Notes: generated from the sequence alone by a model not told the origin. Shown: positions 37,969-51,787, counted from the first letter of the whole stretch. The stretch: DNA of 63,930 nucleotides, filler included, from Reticulomyxa filosa (GCA_000512085.1; 20 parts of 20 records of this genome joined end to end with filler, not necessarily neighbours in it); one strand, 5' to 3'. A program made the numbers and translations.

Positions 37969-39228
37969 ATGGAAAAAAAAGGAAAGAGCAATAGTTATGC
38001 TGTGAACAAAGAAAAACATTTGGGAGGAATGAATCAACACAACACTAGAAAGCACCAACAGCTCAAAATACGTCAAGTGCTAAAAGTTATGTTTTTTTCT
38101 TCTACACATATGACAGAAAAATAGAAATGAATATAATTGTTCCACTTGTTTTGACAAAAATAAAAAAAGAACAGAACGAGAGAAATACAATAACAATAGT
38201 TAGCAATTGGATTAGATCAGTATCTATTGATTTGGGATGGATTGATGACTTTAATGTGATTATTGCAAAATATGTTCAGTATTTGTGAATGTTTTTTTTT
38301 TTTTTTTTAAAAAAAAAAATTTGCAATGACGATGTCTTCTAATCAAAATGCGTGACAGGCCAAACAATTTAAAAATTCAAAAATATTTTATGGGCACTCT
38401 TCTTCGGTGACAAGTGCAAATTTTTCACCAGATGGTTACAGAATTGTTTCATCTTCTAATGACAAAACTATTCGAATATGGGATATTGCATCAGGGAAAA
38501 AAACACATATATGGGAAGAGGAACATTGGATTAATGATGCACAATTTTCACCGGATGGAAACATGGTTGCATCTTGTTCGAACGGCAATACAATTCAATT
38601 ATGGGATGTGAATTCAGCACAAAAAATTTTCGAAATTCAATTCAACACAAAAAAAATTCAATTTGCTCCTGATGGTCACACCATGGTGGCTGCGTCATCT
38701 ACTGGAGCGATTACAATATTTGATGCACAGTTTGGAAAACAGGTACAACAATTGGAAGGACATTTTTTCGCAGTAAATAATGCACAGTTTTCACCCGATG
38801 GCCAAATGCTTGTGTCGTCCTCTTATCAAACGATTGCAATATGGGATGTAAAATCTGGTGAAAAACTTGGTGCTTTGGAGGGACATTCAAATGTTGTATC
38901 AAATGCGCAATTTTCACCTGACGGATGCTCGATTGTCTCTTGTTCATGGGATAGAACAATTCGAATATGGGATGTACAATCGGGAAAACAATTGAGAAAA
39001 TTGGAAGGACATGGGGATCTAGTAAATGATGTGAAATTTTTTCCAAATGGTCAAATTGTTGTATCATGTTCAAATGACAAAACAATCCGTTTGTGGGATG
39101 TACAATTAGGCCGTGAAATACAAAGATTGCTTGGCCATTTTGAGTATGTGACCGGGATAAGTGTTTCAAAAGATGCGCGTATGATTCTTTCATCTTCGGA
39201 TGATGATACATTCATTTTGTGGGGGTGA
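37969..39228 (+). CDS. WD40-repeat protein (7-bladed propeller) with N-terminal GWIDDF motif
   Basis: Seven GH..V....FSPDG..IVS.S.DKTIRIWD repeats in 38359-39228, and an upstream exon IVSNWIRSVSIDLGWIDDFNVIIAKY. The start codon is tentative. Confidence 0.88.
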
Positions 39229-39635
39229 CGTCTCTTATTCAACTTGCACAGTGGGCTCAATTTTTTTGTTTAAGACAAGCTGATAATAGGCTTGACAAAA
39301 TTTGTATTTCTACATATTTTGCAGATAAGACAAATTGATTTGCCAAAAAAATATCAATAAAAAAACAAATAAATAATAAAATTTGTTTTATTTCGCCAAC
39401 TTTTGAAATAAACAAATACCAGAATTCCTCTTAAAAAGAAAATTCATAACATTGTTGTAACCTTTTAAAAGCATTTAACTTTTTTGTTAAAACAAAAAAA
39501 TTTCAGAGTTTGTTTGCATTTAGCATGATCCACTGTATTATTTTCAAATTCTTTTTTTTTTAATGAGCAATTGAATTGAAAGATAAGTAGTTCCGTAAAG
39601 AAAAAATTTTAAAACATTAAAAACTTAAAAAAGCA

Positions 39636-41608
39636 CTACGTTAGATTGAAAGGTGCAGGGTCAATTAGGGCCAAATCTTCGGTGGATAGCGTAATGTTAT
39701 AGATTGCAATTCGACCACTTCCACCTTCATTTCTGTACCCTTGATTTCCTCCATTGCAAGAAACAGCACCGATAACATTTTGCAACTTATTGGCCGGAGA
39801 AAGCACTTGGATCAAAATGGAGCCCCCACTTCCTCCACCACCTCCGCCATCCCAAATATGCTCTCCAAATGCACCGCAACATTTTATTGTGCCGTGATTG
39901 ATGAAGTGTTGATCGATGATGAGCTCGATGATTCCTCCCCCTCTTCCTCCTCGTAATATACGTCCACGATAAGAACCGGAGCCACCTCCGCTTCCACAAC
40001 GGATATGTGTAAACAGAGTCTGCTCTCCATAAATGCCTCCACCCCTTCCGTTTCCAAGTGGTAAGTCATCATTTCCGCCTCTCGATCCGTAGCCACCACC
40101 GCCTCCAAAGTAGCTTTTGCTGTGATCAGTCCCGGTGAACTGTTCGCCCGCTCCACGGCCTCGATCCGAAGGATATCCTAATTCAGAGCAATCGATCGTA
40201 GATTTGGGATGTTTAATCCACAAATGACTGGCTTTGATCTTCAAATGTCCGAGTATATCACCGTGTGCATCTTTGTCAGGATCCACAGTCAGCACGTTGG
40301 CTTCTCCAAGCAAATATACTCCAAACTTGTACTCATTCAATTTTGCGTTTTGTAATCGCGTGATCTTTCGGTCTTCGTTCACTAACAAAAAATCGACTCC
40401 GTTTCGCAATGTGACGCTGAATATCTCGGATTGCAACATCACATTCACCATGTCCTTGCAGGTTTTGTTGATAATCATTTCCTCCAAATTCGATCGTTCT
40501 GCCTCATGTTCAACAATAGCGATATTGGATTCGCTTACTGCTTCTCTTAACCCCGGTTCTTCGTCCTGTTTTTCTTCTTCGTTGTCTTCTTCTTCTTCTT
40601 CTTCTTTTGCTTTGTCTTGCTCCTCCAGACTCGCTTCAATTATTTGAAGGAAAGACTCATTTTCCGCTTCTACTTCTTTCAGTCTTTGCTGCAGTTCCGT
40701 TATTTGCCTATCTTTTTGCTCAATCGATTCGGCCAATTTTTTTAACTCTTCATTTTTTTTTGGTAGCTCCGTTTTTGCTTGAGCCACCATTTCCTCGAGC
40801 TAAGAGTTTATTTATTATAATTTTCATTATTACAAGCTTTTTCTTTTTTATTAAAAAAAAAAATCTGCAATGAGTTATGAGAGAAAACAAAATGGCTCTT
40901 TTTTTTTTTTTTAAGTAAGGAGGGTGGAGGGGGGGGGAGGGAAGAGGAAAAAAAAGGTTCAAATAGCAAACTTGCTCGGAAGTGGTCCTAGATTGCTGGA
41001 GTTGTTGTTCCAGGGAAAGAATATATTTGATGGCCATATCCAAGTGGTCTTGCACATGTGTTTGTACGTGCCGTTCTTGATCGAAATAAAAAGAAATCAG
41101 TGTCGCAGCCGTACTTTTTGAACGTGCATTCAATTTTTTGCAATGAACAACTGTGTTCTAAGTGCTCTTTCAGATCTTTTATTTTCCCTTGGAATGTACA
41201 CGTCGGAGTGGATGGGGTAGCTCCATCTTTTGTTTTGGAGCCTCCGTTTCTTTGTACGTTTTGTTCATACTGCCGCGGACACAGAATCATCAATTCATCA
41301 ATGATACGTCGCACAAATTTGCTGTTCATATATTGACAGCCCTCGTGCACTTGCGTTGGACAATTGCCTTTGTTGTCCTTCAAATATTGCTTCAAACACG
41401 CTTCTCCAACCACCAGTGGCTCAGTGTGATCTTGGTGCTCACTACAAATCAACTCCACTGCATTTGAGGCCACTTGATGACAAAGCAAACAAACACAACT
41501 TGCGAGCTGACGCCCTTCGTTGCATAATAGCAACTTTCTGTCGTAGCAATTCTTGGATAACGTTGTTGCGTCCGTGTTATCATCTTCCTTTGGATCTATT
41601 AAATACAT
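39636..41608 (-). CDS. RING-like/TRAF-type Zn-finger + coiled-coil + glycine-rich C-terminal domain protein
   Basis: CLLCHQVA..CSEH..GEACL..CPTQVHEGC, CPRQ..CTFQGKIKDLKEHLEHSC..CTFKKYGC..H...H, then a coiled coil, then GGGGGYG..GSGGGSG..GGRGGGIIEL..GGGGGGSGGSILI..GGSGRIAI. One frameshift in a T-run at ~41090. Confidence 0.78.
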
Positions 41609-41926
41609 TTTTATTCTCTAAATTTTTAACACTGTCCCTTGCTCTTTTTTGATGTCTCTGTAACACTTTTTTCGCATCAATAAACAAATATATTGTCTCT
41701 TTCCCTACTTTTTGTGCTTTCAAAGAAAGTTTTCTTCCGTATGTAAAATAATTGGTGATTTCTATTTTTGGGACATTAATAAGTATGAATCCTAAATGCA
41801 AAAATTTCAAAGTAAGGCACGCATAACTCTTGGTAGTAGTGGAATTGAGAACACAAGTTGAATGGCCCAAGAAAGGGGACCAGAGAGGGAATACAAAATA
41901 TAAAAAAAACTATATAAATATAAATA

Positions 41927-43538
41927 ATGGCAACCGATTCAATAAACTTACAGCCGCCGTCACAGCCCCTATCAGATGATGCCCCAACCAAGGAGCAATT
42001 GGAAAAAGCGGCTCATTTGAAAAGAGGCATAGAAAAAGTGTGAACTTTTTGTGAGGAGGGGCCCTCTGTCGTCATTGTTAATTTGTTATGTATAAATTTG
42101 ACAAAAAAAAAAAAAAAAAAGATGTTAGGTGGTCGACTAAAATATCACCGCGTGGGGAGTAAAGACACACAAGGAATGAACGAGGAAGAGCGGCAGCAAG
42201 CAGAAGTGGAGAGATTTGTAAGTGACCGAGTGGTATTGCGCGACCAACGAGCCGCGCGGATAAAAATCAAGGCGAGCGACTTTCAAATTGTGAAGGCGAT
42301 AGGAAAGGGGGCATTTTCGGAAGTGCGCATCGTGCGTGACAAGTCAAGTAAAGTATATGCTATGAAGACCATGGTAAAGAAGGCGATGTTTGCAAAAAAC
42401 CAAATCGAACACATTGTCGCAGAGAGAGATTTGATGGCTCAAGCCAATAATCCATGGCTAGTCAAATTGTTTTATGCTTTTCAAGTTTTTTTAAAAAAAC
42501 AAAAATTATATACAAATATATATATATAAGTATATGAGCCCCCTTTTGAACTTTTTTTTTTTTTTTATGAACTTTTTTTTTTATTGAACTTTTTTTGTTG
42601 AACTTACCCCCCTTTTTTTTTTTTTATATACATGCATATATTTGATATCAAACATAATGTGGATTGGTATTGACCACCCCCCCCCCCCCCTCTTTAAAAT
42701 TTTTTTTGTAGGATAAAATATATCTGTATTTGGTAATGGAGTTTTGCGGAGGGGGCGACTTGATGGGGATGTTGCGTCAGAGAGACTTGTTGACGGACAG
42801 CGAAGCCCGGTTTTACATGAGCGAGTTGGCCTGCGCCATTCACCACGTCCACGAGCTGGGCTTTGTCCACCGCGATCTAAAGCCCGACAATATTTTAATC
42901 GCCATCGACGGACATATACGCTTGTGCGACTTTGGTTTGGCCAAGTCTTTTCAGTCCGTCAATGATCAAAACTTGGGTAATTGGCAAAAATATGTCGCGA
43001 CTTTGCGAGTTATTTTTACTTTGACACACACATGCACACTTTCTTGTTTTTTTTTTTTTTTAAAAAAAAAAAAGAGTGTATTAATGCTCGGATATTCTTT
43101 TGAATCAACTTTTTACCTTGGATGTGACCGGGGGAAAAAAAAAAAAAAAAAACAAAGGAAGAAGATTTTGAACAGTTGGACAAAGAAGATGATGAGAACG
43201 GCGTTGAAAAGGGACACCTGGATCGAAAACGATTGTTCAGCACGGTGGGCACGCCCGATTATATGGCGATCGAAGTGCTGTACCAAAAGGGATACGACAA
43301 AATGGTGGATTGGTGGTCCATGGGCGTGATCATGTTTGAGTGCTTGGTCGGATTTGCTCCGTTCCACGCCAAAGACCCCCTGGCCACGTGTCGGAAGATT
43401 GTCCGCTATGAAAAGTACTTCAAACTGCCTTCCGACGCAAAGATTTCCAAACAGGCCATGGATTTGATGAAGCGTCTGGTTTGTCCTGCTCAAAGGAGAA
43501 TTGGAATTGATCAAATACAAAAGCATCCATGGTTCAAA
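41927..43538 (+). CDS. NDR/LATS-family AGC kinase (STK38/Cbk1-like), 3' truncated
   Basis: DFQIVKAIGKGAFSEV, YAMK, IEHIVAERDLMA, HRDLKPDNIL, DFG, a long activation-segment insert, STVGTPDYMA, DWWSMGVIMFECLVGFAPF..TCRKIV. Confidence 0.9.
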
Positions 43539-44169
43539 GTTAACATATATACATATATANNNNNNNNNNNNNNNNNNNNNNNNNNNNNNNNNNNNNNNNN
43601 NNNTTAATTAATTAANNNNNNNNNNNNNNNNNNNNNNNNNNNNNNNNNNNNNNNNNNNNAACGCGACACAATGATAATAGTGGTCCAATTTTCTTTGATT
43701 GGGTGCTCTTTTTTAACTCATAGCTTTACTACTGATGCTCATTTTAATGTTGCCTTGCTCATGCTTGCTTCATTTATTATGATTTTACCATCTTCTTATA
43801 CGGATATATCATACATATAACTGTGATATACATATGCATTTAATTTTGCCGATATTTTAATTGAAATATTTCATTTTATTACAAAAATATATATCATTTC
43901 ATTCAATCAATATTTTCTGCAATGCAACAAAAAAAAAAAAAAAAAAAAACTAAAGAAATGAATGTGTGTAGACTGTATAGTTACTTCAAAATATATCAAA
44001 ACGAAGAGGAAAAAAAGGCTTTTGAATAATTAGTAAAAGACTTGACAAACTTCAATAACAACGAGAAAAAAATGTAATTGTTGTTCGAGTTTTTATTGTT
44101 TATTGTTTTATGTTTGAAACAAACTCGACCATTTTTACATAGTTTGATTGTTTTTCCCTCTTTTTTTCT

Positions 44170-44615
44170 TCAACGCCAATGAACCACACAAATGGTAATA
44201 GCAAAACCGATCAACATTCCAATTAAAATGTCAACTGGCCACACCCATTTGTCTGGTGCGCTGCTAGAGTCGAACGTGTAAGTCTGTCCACTGTTTAATG
44301 GCCGCACTGATCGGTTGAATGGTAACAAACAAGCTTCCGCATAAATGATGTTATTCCACACCAAATTGGCCACAGTGGCGTAATAGGTCGTGGAGGAGGT
44401 CAGTGTGTGTGTGTGTGTGTGTGTGTGACTAACTTACCATTGATCGGTGCAAAGTCGAGCAACTACTTGAGGGACTGGATTGTAGTGACTTAATTGTGAT
44501 GGTTACAAGAGAGCTTGTTGTGCCTGAGGACGAGGACGACACTGCCCTTCCAAAGCCCAGTCTGGAGTTGCCAATGTCAAATATAGTGCACCATTCTCAC
44601 CCAATATCCACTTGT
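44170..44615 (-). CDS. Hypothetical protein fragment with C-terminal transmembrane segment
   Basis: Two coding-like exons flank a (CA)n-containing intron; ends ..WVWPVDILIGMLIGFAITICVVHWR*. Confidence 0.3.
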
Positions 44616-47600
44616 GATTATGTATATAAAAAAAAAAAAGCACATTATTTTTAATTCGTGCTTCAACATCGTCGCAAGTGATAAACAATGGAATTTTGCC
44701 ATGTCATCACGACTGACACTTATCATTTTTGATTGGAACTGTTTGTTGAAATGAAAAACACACGATTCAAAGATGGATGGAAAAATTGTACATAAAACGA
44801 CTTTTTTTTGGAATATAAAAAATTAAAATATATCATTTTTTTCTCCTTCGGATCAATACACACCGTTATTTCTTTCAAAGTAGTTGCAAGGAAAGCAAGG
44901 TTCCACAAATGACATTCCAGTGGAATCAAGATATCATTTGATTAATAAAATGCCCATTCTTTCGTTTTTTGTAAAATCTGCTGTCTTTATACCAACACAC
45001 ATAATCACAACAAACCGTGTGCTTAATTTCTCACTCTTATTTATTTGTGTAGCTTGTTTACAATATTTATAAATGTGCATGTAGTTGAATACCTGCCATA
45101 TGCTATTCCATTGCAATTATTCTATGTTAACTCTATTTCAACAATTCTTCTATATACTATCATATTATCACTTTTCTAGTGCAATCCTATTTGATTTTTC
45201 ATGTTCATTTGCTTATCCAAGTTCACGCATATATTTCACGTGAATTTCTTTGTTCACACATTTGGATACTGTATTCCAATTCTACCAATGTTTAATTCAT
45301 TATTCAGTTCGTCGTTGTAAAGGTCGCTTGTAGTGTGTTCCTTCGTTAGTCTAAGCATACCAAAAAAAAGAGTTCTCATATTTAGTTAAATAGATATGTA
45401 AAAGTTTGTCTTTTTTTACCATTGTTTTGTATTGTTTACGAAGTGGAGACATTTAAGTTGGAAAAATAATGTCAATTTGTTTGTCTACTTTCCATTAACT
45501 TTTTTTTTTTTTAACTTGTGAGACGCAGGATACCTTTTTTATTTTGGTATTTCCTCCACTTCGAGTGATTCAATGAGTGTAACTTTATTTCTAGAACCAT
45601 TATAAAAATTGTTCACAATTTTGTGAATATGAATTTTTGAAAACAAACAAAATGATATACATCTGTCCAAACAAATGAGGTTCGTTCTTTTCTGAACTAG
45701 AATTCTGCTCCCGTGGTCAATTCGAATGTTGAGTGAGATGGTGACGTCTTTGAATCATATTTCATTCTGATTCAACGTCTCTGCCATTCTAATCAAACTA
45801 TCGAATTGATAAAATTTTTCAATTGCGTTGGCCTAGAGTTTTGCGTCTTCGACCTCAATCTTATTGTTGAGATGTACATTATGTGGTTCTGTATTTCAAT
45901 CACGTGGCGGACATTTCATCGTGGATATGCGACTGTCGTGGATAATATATTAATAGTACAGACGGAGAAATGGTCGCAATTTGTGATTGGTACAGCATAT
46001 ATAATGGACGTGTACATTTTCACAGCAGATACTAAAGATCATCTTATTTACAGTGACAAATGTATTCATCATATTATAATTGTTACTTTTTAGTATCACA
46101 ACTATTGCTACTTACATCAATGTACATTTATCCGTCAATATTATATACACATATATATATATGTATTATCCACATCAACGTATACGTCAACGAACTGAAC
46201 ATGAGCTGCGCGGTAGAAATAATGAAAATAGCATTCAATGTACAAGAGACATGGCAAAATAATCTCGGAACAATGCAATTGAATATTTTATCAATTGGAA
46301 AGTTTGATTATGAATGGCAGATATGCTGAACCAGTATGTGAAGTATTATTGAAGAAGTATGTCCATCGGGACAACTACATATGGCAAAAAAAAAATTCCA
46401 AGGATATTGTCCCAACAAAGTTGCAGTGTCGTGTATTGAAAATTATTTGTTTGTATCCAATTGCCACATTTTGCATTGGATACTATGTACAAGGCAGGAC
46501 CATTATGATGTGATGTGAACTTTAGTCAGCACTTGTGACAAAGGGCTTGAGTGAATATCATTATGTCATATTGCAACACAAACGTGTTACATGTTTATGT
46601 GCTTTGTAAATGATCCAAATTCAGATCAAGCCCTTATGTTTTTACAATACAGCCAAAAGGACGTCACATTATAATTGCATTCCACTTTTCTCTTGGCAAA
46701 GTACCAAATGCAAAAACGTGGTAATTGAAGATATTCAAATAATTTAAAAGTGCAAGAGACTGTCACTTTTGTTGGAATGACTATATTCCAATTTAGTACA
46801 TATTGTACTGTACTTGTGAAGTTGAGATTGAGTTGTAACGGATATGGACAAAGGATTAAAAAAAAAAAAAAAAAAAAAAAAGCAATGGTTTTTTTTTTTT
46901 TTAGTATACTAACTCAATAGCGCATATACAGAAAGTATAGAAAGATTTTTTTTTTTGGTTTTGGTGAAGTTGTGCAGGATCATGAAGGTAATGCTATGAT
47001 ACGAATAGAAAGAAAGTATTCAGAAAAAAGTATAGTTATTTGTTTGCCAAATAAAAAAATAAATGAGTAGCAAAGGCCATGCAAAAGAAAACGCAGAACC
47101 AAACAAAAATTAAAAGGCCTGTTGAAAGAAAAACGAAAGTCCATTTTGGAAATGTCAAAAATATTTGATATTGGTTTTTAGATACTTTGGAAACAGGCTT
47201 TGGTGGTTAATGAGATTGTAAGATAGATCACATCAAAGGCAACTACATCTATGTTGGGTCAATAACAGATCGACGAGCGATTTTCAAAAAAAAAAGAATA
47301 TTTGAAAGATTGGAGAATTGACCCAAGCGAGCCGTTTGATTATAATAAACATAAGTGGACATATTTGCAACTTGTAATGGTATCAATTGAAGAAACTTAT
47401 CATTGTGACGATGAACATGTACCGATTTGTAGTTTCTTTTTCACTTATGACTAAACAGGACATGTCTGTATGCACGTACACATATGCATATGTGTACATA
47501 TTTTTGAAAATGATATGTACATTTTTTAAATTTAGAACAAAGCAAAAAAAAAAAAAAAAAAATTTATATGTATATATTGTAAACATGTATACATATCAAC

Positions 47601-48599
47601 ACATATTTATGTACATTACAAAATAAGATAATAACTTTGCCAAAACAGGTTGCAGGTTCACATTAAATTAGGTATAACCAGTAGAATCAAATTGTATTAG
47701 TTGAAGAAAATCGAATGGACCTGGATGAACCAAGAAAAATCAAACTGAACCGAATTGTTATGACTGAACTGAATTGAATANNNNNNNNNNNNNNNNNNNN
47801 NNNNNNNNNNNNNNNNNNNNNNNNTTAATTAATTAANNNNNNNNNNNNNNNNNNNNNNNNNNNNNNNNNNNNNNNNNNNNTTGAATAAAAATAGTTTTGT
47901 TTTGTCGTATATAAGTATTGAAAAATTGCGATACAAAAAAAAAGCTCCGAAATTTCAATTCCAAGTTACAAAGAAATTTCTTTTTAATCAAAAAAGTAGA
48001 TATTTCTTTTATTTTCTATTATTCTTGTAATCTATTTCTTTTGAGTGAAATAAAAAAGACTCTGATTTTTTTTCACCAGTCAAAATGAATGATTTGTAAC
48101 AGTTCAACTGTGTAAAATAAATTGTCTAGTTGTTTAATTAAAAAAATCAATTTATTATTGGTATTTTTGTAAAATGAATATATTGTAGTTATTAATCGAT
48201 GATTTATGTTTATGGGAAGAGCTCGCAAATCTCACAACGAAGATAAAAAACTACTATCATCAAAACTTTTCAATAGGAAAATTAGGAAACAATAAATGAT
48301 GTAAAAAGCTATAGTGAAAACACTACGCGTGAAGAAGAAGAAGAAGAGCAAAACTCCTAATGAAAAGTATTGAAAACAAAGTTTCCTTTTGTTTGGGCAA
48401 GTCATCATTGTTGGTATAATCTTGTGTCATTATTCATATGATGAGAGTCATTTCTGCTGTTGTGGAGATTATATGTTAATATGTTCCCCCCCCCCCAATA
48501 AGAAAAAAATATTTTGTTTAGTCGATCAAATAAGAGCAAATAGAGAGAGAGAGAGAGAAGAAAAAAATAAGGAAAAAGTGGAACTCAGAAACGATAGAT

Positions 48600-49875
48600 T
48601 TATCATCATAGTAATGAACATTATACGAATTATAGGGTATATGTATAGAAGACGGGTACTGCTGTGGCACGTGATTTTGCACAGGATAAGAATTGGCGAA
48701 AGAATAATGTGGCAATGGAGCATCGGGCATCTGTTGCTGGCAACTGACGCAAGTGGTAAGGATACCTGGGTTGATATTGAAACAATGAGCACATTGCCAA
48801 CGTAAAGGAGCAGATGGCATCGATTCCATAGTAACCATAGCGTTCGTATTCATATTTGCATTCATGTCCATATTTACATTCATGTTCGTGTTTGAGTTTG
48901 TGACAATAGTAGTGCTAACAGTGGCGATGTCATTCTCCGTCCTAGAGACAAGTGAGGCAGAAGAAGAAGAAGAAGAAGAAGAAGAGAACTCCTCAAAGGG
49001 AGTGGCGCACTCCACGCAAACTGAAAAGACACCGCTGTTTACAAATGTGCACTCCGGGCAGCACCATGGCTATCTCACAGCCATCAGTCCCACATAATTT
49101 TTTTTTTTTTTTTAAATGTATTTATGTATTTCTTTGTTTATTGTCGCTTTATCAATAATTCACGAAAGCTAAAAGAAACATACACAAAAAAAAATAAACT
49201 GTGCGATCAAGCTTTTCTTCGGATTGATTTTGTTGTATCTGTACAGAAGAAGAAGCAGAAGAAGAAAAAGAAGGATTGGAAAAGTTTGCATAATGAATAG
49301 GCTCTTTTTTCATATATTCGGGTTTTTGCATTTGCACCGACGGCTGTTCCAGCAATACCATAGGTATTTGCTTTTGTCTAAGTTCAGAGTGTTTGGTAGC
49401 TTGTAGCATTGCGCATGTCATCCCGTGGGCGTCCAAATCGGAAAATTGAACTTGGTTATCACAATGAGGACAGACGCGTAGGCTGTTTCGGTGGTCGTCT
49501 CGTTGTATCCAAACCTTTTCACTGGCTTTAGGATTCGGTCTGAGCTTATGTTTCTTCTGGTAATTGTTATTATAGTTGTGGTTATTGTTGTTGTTGTTGT
49601 TCCTATTGTGATTATCGTAATGGGAACTCTGTTGGTCGTACTGAGAGCGCTGCTGAGGGTAATAGGAATGCTGCTGGTTGTGATTGTTGCTGCGGTTGTG
49701 GTTATGGTTTGGTTTTTGTCTAGAATTTTCCACTTTACAATTGTGACCTTCACTGTGCAAATACATTTTTTCACAGTACTTGCATAACGCTTTTCTCGAC
49801 GGACACGATAACTCGTGATTGTCCAACTCTTGCATTGCCACTGTTTTCTTACAATAGCTGCACTCCGCTTCTAAT
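48600..49875 (-). CDS. Zn-finger protein with TRAF/XAF1-type fingers plus two RanBP2/NZF-type fingers (partial)
   Basis: CSYC..LDNHELSCP..CKYC and CPHC..LDAHGMTC. The next exon has WCCPECTFVNSGVFSVCVEC and WQCAHCFNINPGILTTCVSC, both matching W-x-C-x2-C-x3-N-x6-C-x2-C. Confidence 0.75.
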
Positions 49876-49881
49876 TCTTTT

Positions 49882-49919
<38 letters not shown>

Positions 49920-51787
49920 NNNNNNNNNNNNNNNNNNNNNNNNNNNNNNNNNNNNNNNNNNNNTTAATTAATTAANNNNNNNNNNNNNNNNNNNNNNNNN
50001 NNNNNNNNNNNNNNNNNNNATGCTGGCTTTAACACATTGCCAACCGGCTGCAATTGCTGGCACAAAGTGTGATTGAAAGCGTCGTTATTGCTCAATTACT
50101 AGGCTCATGCCTTTGAATGATTGAAGCGCTATTGGCGCAAATGGGATGGTTGGAGCATAACGCATCTGACGGACAAGTCAGTCGTGATGCCCACCACCTT
50201 TTGTGCAAATAAGTGCTCCTTCAGCAAAGGTGTTGACCTTCAATTACACTTACAATGCAATATATATACTCATGGACATACACGCTATCATTACAAATGC
50301 GACCACTATCTACACACGGTGCCATTGCTCCTCCAAGAATTACTACTATTTATCCAAACATTGCTGCTAATCAACACATTACCAAATCTATCATTATGTG
50401 AATGACTCATTACGCATGCAAACAATTCCAAGTTACTATAAAGTTCAAAACGTCGGCGATATCATGTGGCATTACAAAGTTAACTTTATTTTTTTTATTG
50501 TTGTTGCAATGATAAATTTTTCGGTTGTTGTGACTTGGGCATAGGAATACGTATGAAACATTAATATAGAAACAATGCGGCCAAATTGTTGAATTGGAGG
50601 AGCAGATAACAAATGGCGCTTTGAACCTTGCATCACAAGATTGTGCACATGAAAGGTAAATATATGTATATGTATGTATGTATATAACTTAAGATATATT
50701 GCGTGTATGTGTGCAAATAGAATACCATGCTGTGATATATAAAAAAAAAGAATATGGGGTAGAAACCACCCCTGTCTCCGAAAGGAGAACTATAGGTTTG
50801 TTTTATTATCTTTTTTTTTTGTATATTTAAATGTTTTGTGCTTTGTACTATAGGTTCCTCCATTTGGCAAAGATTATTCCATCATAGTTCACCTATCCCC
50901 ACACAAAAAAAAATAAAAAATGAAAAATAAACTCAGGGTTGAAATCCACTCCGTCTCCGAAAGGAGAAAGAAAGGTTTGTGTACGTTGTATTTAAATATA
51001 TATTATTTTGTTATATAATGTTGTTGTGTTTGTAAAGCAATAGGAATTCCCCCTCCAAAGAACAAAATTATATATGTTTATATATTTTTTTTTATTTGTT
51101 CAACATGTAAAAAAAAATTTGTGAAGTGTTTGCTACAGGGAACAAAGAAAATGGAAATGAATATTATTAAGTTATGATATATATATTTTTTATCTTCAAA
51201 AAATTATAAAATATAACTTTGTTTGTGTATAGATGTCCAGCGCAACAAAAGGAGCAGCAGATTGAAGAATCTTTTTAAAAGGTGTTTGGAGAAATTGTAA
51301 AAGGGGGGGAGGGGGAAACAATAGATAATAAAGGGGGAAGAGAAAAAAAAGGGATGAGAAAAAAAAGAAAATGAATAATTTAAAAAANNNNNNNNNNNNN
51401 NNNNNNNNNNNNNNNNNNNNNNNNNNNNNNNTTAATTAATTAANNNNNNNNNNNNNNNNNNNNNNNNNNNNNNNNNNNNNNNNNNNNAGAAGGAAAACGC
51501 TGTTGACTTTAACACTATCACAAATTTTATTTCAAGTCTTCAAATATTTCTAGATTGATAATTTTGAATATTTTGTTCACATAATAAAAATTTATCAAAA
51601 CTTTTTTTGGTCAAATATTGTCACAAGAAACTGCATTAAAATACAATTTTTTTTGGAAAAAGTATTGTTTGGCTGTATTAAAAAAACAATAATTGCAAAC
51701 GCAGTTTGTTGACCAGTTTTTTGACTAAGCCCTTGGAAAGTTTTTTCTTCAAAAAGAAACAAAAAAGTCCAGTTTCCAGCCGCCAAA

